Origin: Candidatus Poribacteria bacterium
GTDB lineage: Bacteria; Poribacteria; WGA-4E; WGA-3G
Direction of reading: 5' to 3'
Length of the DNA stretch: 64,000 bases
Assembly: GCA_963663765.2 (NCBI GenBank)
Contig: CAXXUA010000005.1
Location: 896,001 to 960,000 of the forward strand
Shown: one piece after another, positions 61,020 through 64,000 of the stretch
Numbering within the stretch: position 1 is the first letter of the stretch
Layout of the letters: each line of letters opens with the position of its first letter
Made by a program: the position numbers and the translations under genes
Notes under the pieces: generated by a model
Seen by the model: the letters and a program-made list of their open reading frames with translations, nothing else
What the model was told of the DNA's origin: nothing
Databases searched by the model: none

Positions 61020-61901
61020 ATGAGACTAACACAAGAACAGAAAGACACTTACCGTACCACTGGTGTGCTGGTAGTCAAAAATGCCTTGACAGATGAAGAC
61101 ACGCAACCGGTGATAGATGAAATTGAAGATTGGATTTCTGAACGCGCAAACGACTTACATAAGCAGGAAAAAATTGAGAACCTATATGTAGATGAACCCT
61201 TTGATAGAAGGTTCGGAAAACTCCTTGCGCAGTCAGGTGATATTGGACGCGGATTAGACATCATGCACTATCGCGGGAAAGCCATCTTTGATTTTATGAG
61301 AAACAATAATCTGCTTGATGTCATTGAGGGAATCGTCGGACCCGAAATTACCTGTAACCCAATTCAACATGTCCGCGCGAAACCACCGGTCGTTGATGGA
61401 AACGCAAGTTGGGCTGGCGGTGTACCGTGGCACCAAGACGCTGGTGTTATGATGGAGGAAGCAGAAGATTCAAATATCGTCACATGTTGGTTGCCATTAG
61501 GTGATAGCAACATTGAAATGGGATGCCTTGAAGCATTACCTGGTATTACCGAAGACATCGGATACCTTACACATCAAAAAGCTGGCGGTACGATGATTGT
61601 ACCAGACCTCATGCCAGATGTTGAACCGATGATGTTGGAATGTTATCGTGGGGACATCATTTTACTCAGCCGTTTTACACCGCACCGTTCCCAACCTAAT
61701 AAATCTGATCGATGCAGATGGTCATTAGACCTACGTTTTCAGACGACAGGGCACCACACAGGCAGAACCGCACATCCAGATTTTATTGTCCGTAGTAGAA
61801 AATATCCTGAAACTGTTCTGAAAGACCACGATGAATGGTGTCACTTGTGGGCGGACGCATTTGAAAACCCGCGCGGTTTTGCTGGACACCGTTCCATATA
61901 A
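61020..61901 (+). CDS. Phytanoyl-CoA dioxygenase (PhyH) family enzyme
   Basis: RAKPP, PWHQDAG, TCWLPL, GCL...PG, TPHRSQPN...RWSLDLRF. Confidence 0.9.
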   Translation: MRLTQEQKDTYRTTGVLVVKNALTDEDTQPVIDEIEDWISERANDLHKQEKIENLYVDEPFDRRFGKLLAQSGDIGRGLDIMHYRGKAIFDFMRNNNLLDVIEGIVGPEITCNPIQHVRAKPPVVDGNASWAGGVPWHQDAGVMMEEAEDSNIVTCWLPLGDSNIEMGCLEALPGITEDIGYLTHQKAGGTMIVPDLMPDVEPMMLECYRGDIILLSRFTPHRSQPNKSDRCRWSLDLRFQTTGHHTGRTAHPDFIVRSRKYPETVLKDHDEWCHLWADAFENPRGFAGHRSI

Positions 61902-62050
61902 TACAAGATGTTTACACCATAACACAATTCTGTTGCAATTTGATATCTATTTTGATAAAATAAGTCAATTTTACAAGTCTAAACAGTGTTAAATAACCAA
62001 CGAAACACATTGATTATTCTGTTATTTTGTATATACATGGGAGATAGATT

Positions 62051-62818
62051 ATGTTTAGATTTAGCACATTTGCCATAAGTCTATTACTTATACTGGGAAT
62101 TAATATGGTAGGTTTGGCAGAGATCACCGATGATATGATCGTCGCAGCGTGGCTGTTTGACGGTGATGCCAATGATATTTCAAAAAATGGTTACAACGGT
62201 GAACTACAAGGTGGAAAATTTGTTGCTGGACAGTTCGGACAAGCACTTGAATTAAACGGTTCCAGTGAATGGGTTGCTATTAATCAAAAGATGGGTTCGT
62301 TTGAGGAGTTAACCTTCGCACATTGGCTCAATTGCACAGGTAGAGACGGTCAGTGGCGAACTTTCTTTAACAACAACGCATGGAAACCAGGTGATATTCA
62401 TTATCAGTTGCATACAGACAGTAGAGTAGAATTTTCAATCCATAGTAACCCCGGTGGAAACGATAAGTTTGCTACATACAAGGTGACAGGCGGGGAATTG
62501 AATAAATGGATTCACATAGTTACCGCCTATAGCGCGAAAGAAGGCAAGATCTGGTTTTACATCAACGGAAAACTAAATGCAGAACATGACTGGGGAAACA
62601 ATCCTGCTGTACTTGACGTCGGACAAATCGGGGCATGGAAAAACAACGCTGGTAACCAAGAACGACACATGCAAGGCCTTTTTGATGAGTTTGTCATCTT
62701 CAATACCGTGCTAACCGAAGATGATATTAATGCGCTCATGGACGGTGGACTGGAAGGCGGACTTGCTGTTGATCCCAAGGGAAAATTAGCTGTTACATGG
62801 GGTAGTCTCAAAAAATAA
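62051..62818 (+). CDS. Secreted LamG-like protein with conserved C-terminal tail
   Basis: Signal peptide, WLFDGDA.D.S.NG, GQFGQAL, WIHIV, FDEFVIFN..L, AVDPKGKLAVTWGSLKK. Confidence 0.88.
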   Translation: MFRFSTFAISLLLILGINMVGLAEITDDMIVAAWLFDGDANDISKNGYNGELQGGKFVAGQFGQALELNGSSEWVAINQKMGSFEELTFAHWLNCTGRDGQWRTFFNNNAWKPGDIHYQLHTDSRVEFSIHSNPGGNDKFATYKVTGGELNKWIHIVTAYSAKEGKIWFYINGKLNAEHDWGNNPAVLDVGQIGAWKNNAGNQERHMQGLFDEFVIFNTVLTEDDINALMDGGLEGGLAVDPKGKLAVTWGSLKK

Positions 62819-62823
62819 ATATT

Positions 62824-63200
62824 ATAACTTAAGTTGCCACCTACTTTCAGAATACTCTTGTGGGAGGGGTTTCTAACCCCGATTTATGAAAACTTGCATC
62901 AGAATTCGTTGTTTTTATGTTTTCTGTTATCAATCGGGGTTAGAAACCCTCCTACAAAAAATAGGTTGCAACTCCGGTTATTATAGTAAAGTATAGAATT
63001 AAAAAGACATTCAATGAACTTTAAACTCCCACAAGACCTGTAGGGGCAGGGTTTTCCCGCCCGTTGTAATATGTCCCATTAATTGTAAATTCCACTATAT
63101 AATGATTTTATCAATCTTGTAGGTCGGATTTCGTTCCTCTACCCGACTTTGCTGTGGAAATTTGGTTTCTTGTCGCGTATCGGTCCTCTACCCGACCTAC
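62824..63200. mobile_element. Abutting mini-elements: shell with B-type REP doublet (62824-62981), family C (62982-63099) and a REP doublet (about 63119-63200)
   Basis: TIR ataacttaagttgccaccta / taggttgcaactccggttat; tatagtaaag...ccactata; gtaggtcgg...ccgacctac. Confidence 0.7.
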
Positions 63201-63416
63201 AAGTTTAACGTGGACTATCCAATAAAATCTTGTGTTGAAACGCTTCAGCGGTTTATGTAATAGTAATAGCCAAAACATGTGAGTAAACTCAAAACTACAT
63301 GAGGCGTTTAACTATCTTAAGGATGGATTTCCGTATCCGCTCAATAAATTGGCAAATAACGCTGATGCAAATTCTACAAAACTTCAACACAATACATGCT
63401 GTTGATATATTACACT

Positions 63417-63585
63417 ATGAATAAAGTTCTACTGGTCATTTTAGGTATTTTTATCGCAGTTATCGGTATAGTGGATTCTTGTTGAAGTCTTGCAGATACT
63501 TTTCACGCTTGTGATTTCTGTAGCGTTGATAATCATTATTGTCGGTGGTGCGTATTTAATCCTTAGGAGTATACTTAAAGGATAG
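63417..63585 (+). pseudogene. Possible small two-TM membrane protein with a frameshift
   Basis: MNKVLLVILGIFIAVIGI continues in another frame as ILVEVLQILFTLVISVALIIIIVGGAYLILRSILKG*. Confidence 0.35.
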
Positions 63586-63638
63586 ACAGTTAACTATAAG
63601 AATATCAAGACATCACCCTATTCAAAAGGAAAATTACC

Positions 63639-64000
63639 ATGAAAAGATATGCAAAATCTCTAATTACTATTCAAAACATAGTTACGATCATATTAAGCCT
63701 TGTTCTGATAGTGTGTATGACGAATTTGACATCTGCTGCCCGCGAAAAGCAATATATTGCAAAACAGATTTCTAATTTTAGACCCGACGGTGACATCAGT
63801 GAATGGGAACACGTTGAAGCTGTCCCTTTTAATCAACTAAAAGATGCAGGAAATGGACTACCAGATTCAGAAGACTTTACCGGTAGTGGACGCGTAGCAT
63901 GGAGCTCAATAGAACCCAACATGATTTACTTCCTCGTCGAAGTCACAGATGACATAATTCAAAATATCCATCCGCCAGATAACAATTGGTGGAACGATGA
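63639..64000 (+). CDS. Secreted CBM9/DOMON-like sugar-binding protein, 5' part (runs off the window)
   Basis: AAGGA RBS, signal peptide, DGDISEW, DF.G...VAW, IYFLVEVTDD, WWND. Confidence 0.75.
   Translation, partial: MKRYAKSLITIQNIVTIILSLVLIVCMTNLTSAAREKQYIAKQISNFRPDGDISEWEHVEAVPFNQLKDAGNGLPDSEDFTGSGRVAWSSIEPNMIYFLVEVTDDIIQNIHPPDNNWWND

Noticed and set aside
1-64000. rRNA, tRNA, prophage or RAYT transposase
   Set aside because: None recognisable by eye; small RNAs cannot be excluded without covariance searches

Overview
A 64-kb, fairly AT-rich bacterial window. The gene content points by inference to Candidatus Poribacteria (sponge symbionts): three LamG proteins ending in (A/P)V-x-P-x-x-KLA-x-x-WG-x-LK, signal-peptide WD40 proteins with an LPEGA-x-x-R-x-GKG cap, three PhyH dioxygenases, Gfo/Idh/MocA enzymes and a sialidase. 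Housekeeping genes (nagA, fdhD, tsaB, aroA, tenA, thiE, phoR-like) are interleaved with defence and toxin-antitoxin genes. These include an Rpn nuclease with an internal start plus a stand-alone copy of its C-terminal domain, a single-chain restriction-modification enzyme next to a small defence-like cassette, three PIN/VapC loci (one coupled to a 905-aa TPR protein with an antitoxin-like tail) and HicB relics. The most unusual structure is in the intergenic DNA: about eight families of 35-470 bp non-autonomous elements nested inside one another, most carrying GTAG/GTGG REP-like hairpins. One 142-bp element duplicates a 19-bp hairpin as its target and forms a 4-unit array, and one REP arm lies in frame inside tsaB. 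A frameshifted IS982 sits beside its own deletion derivative. No rRNA, tRNA, true CRISPR array or cas gene was seen. All family calls come from motif recognition by eye; no database searches were run.
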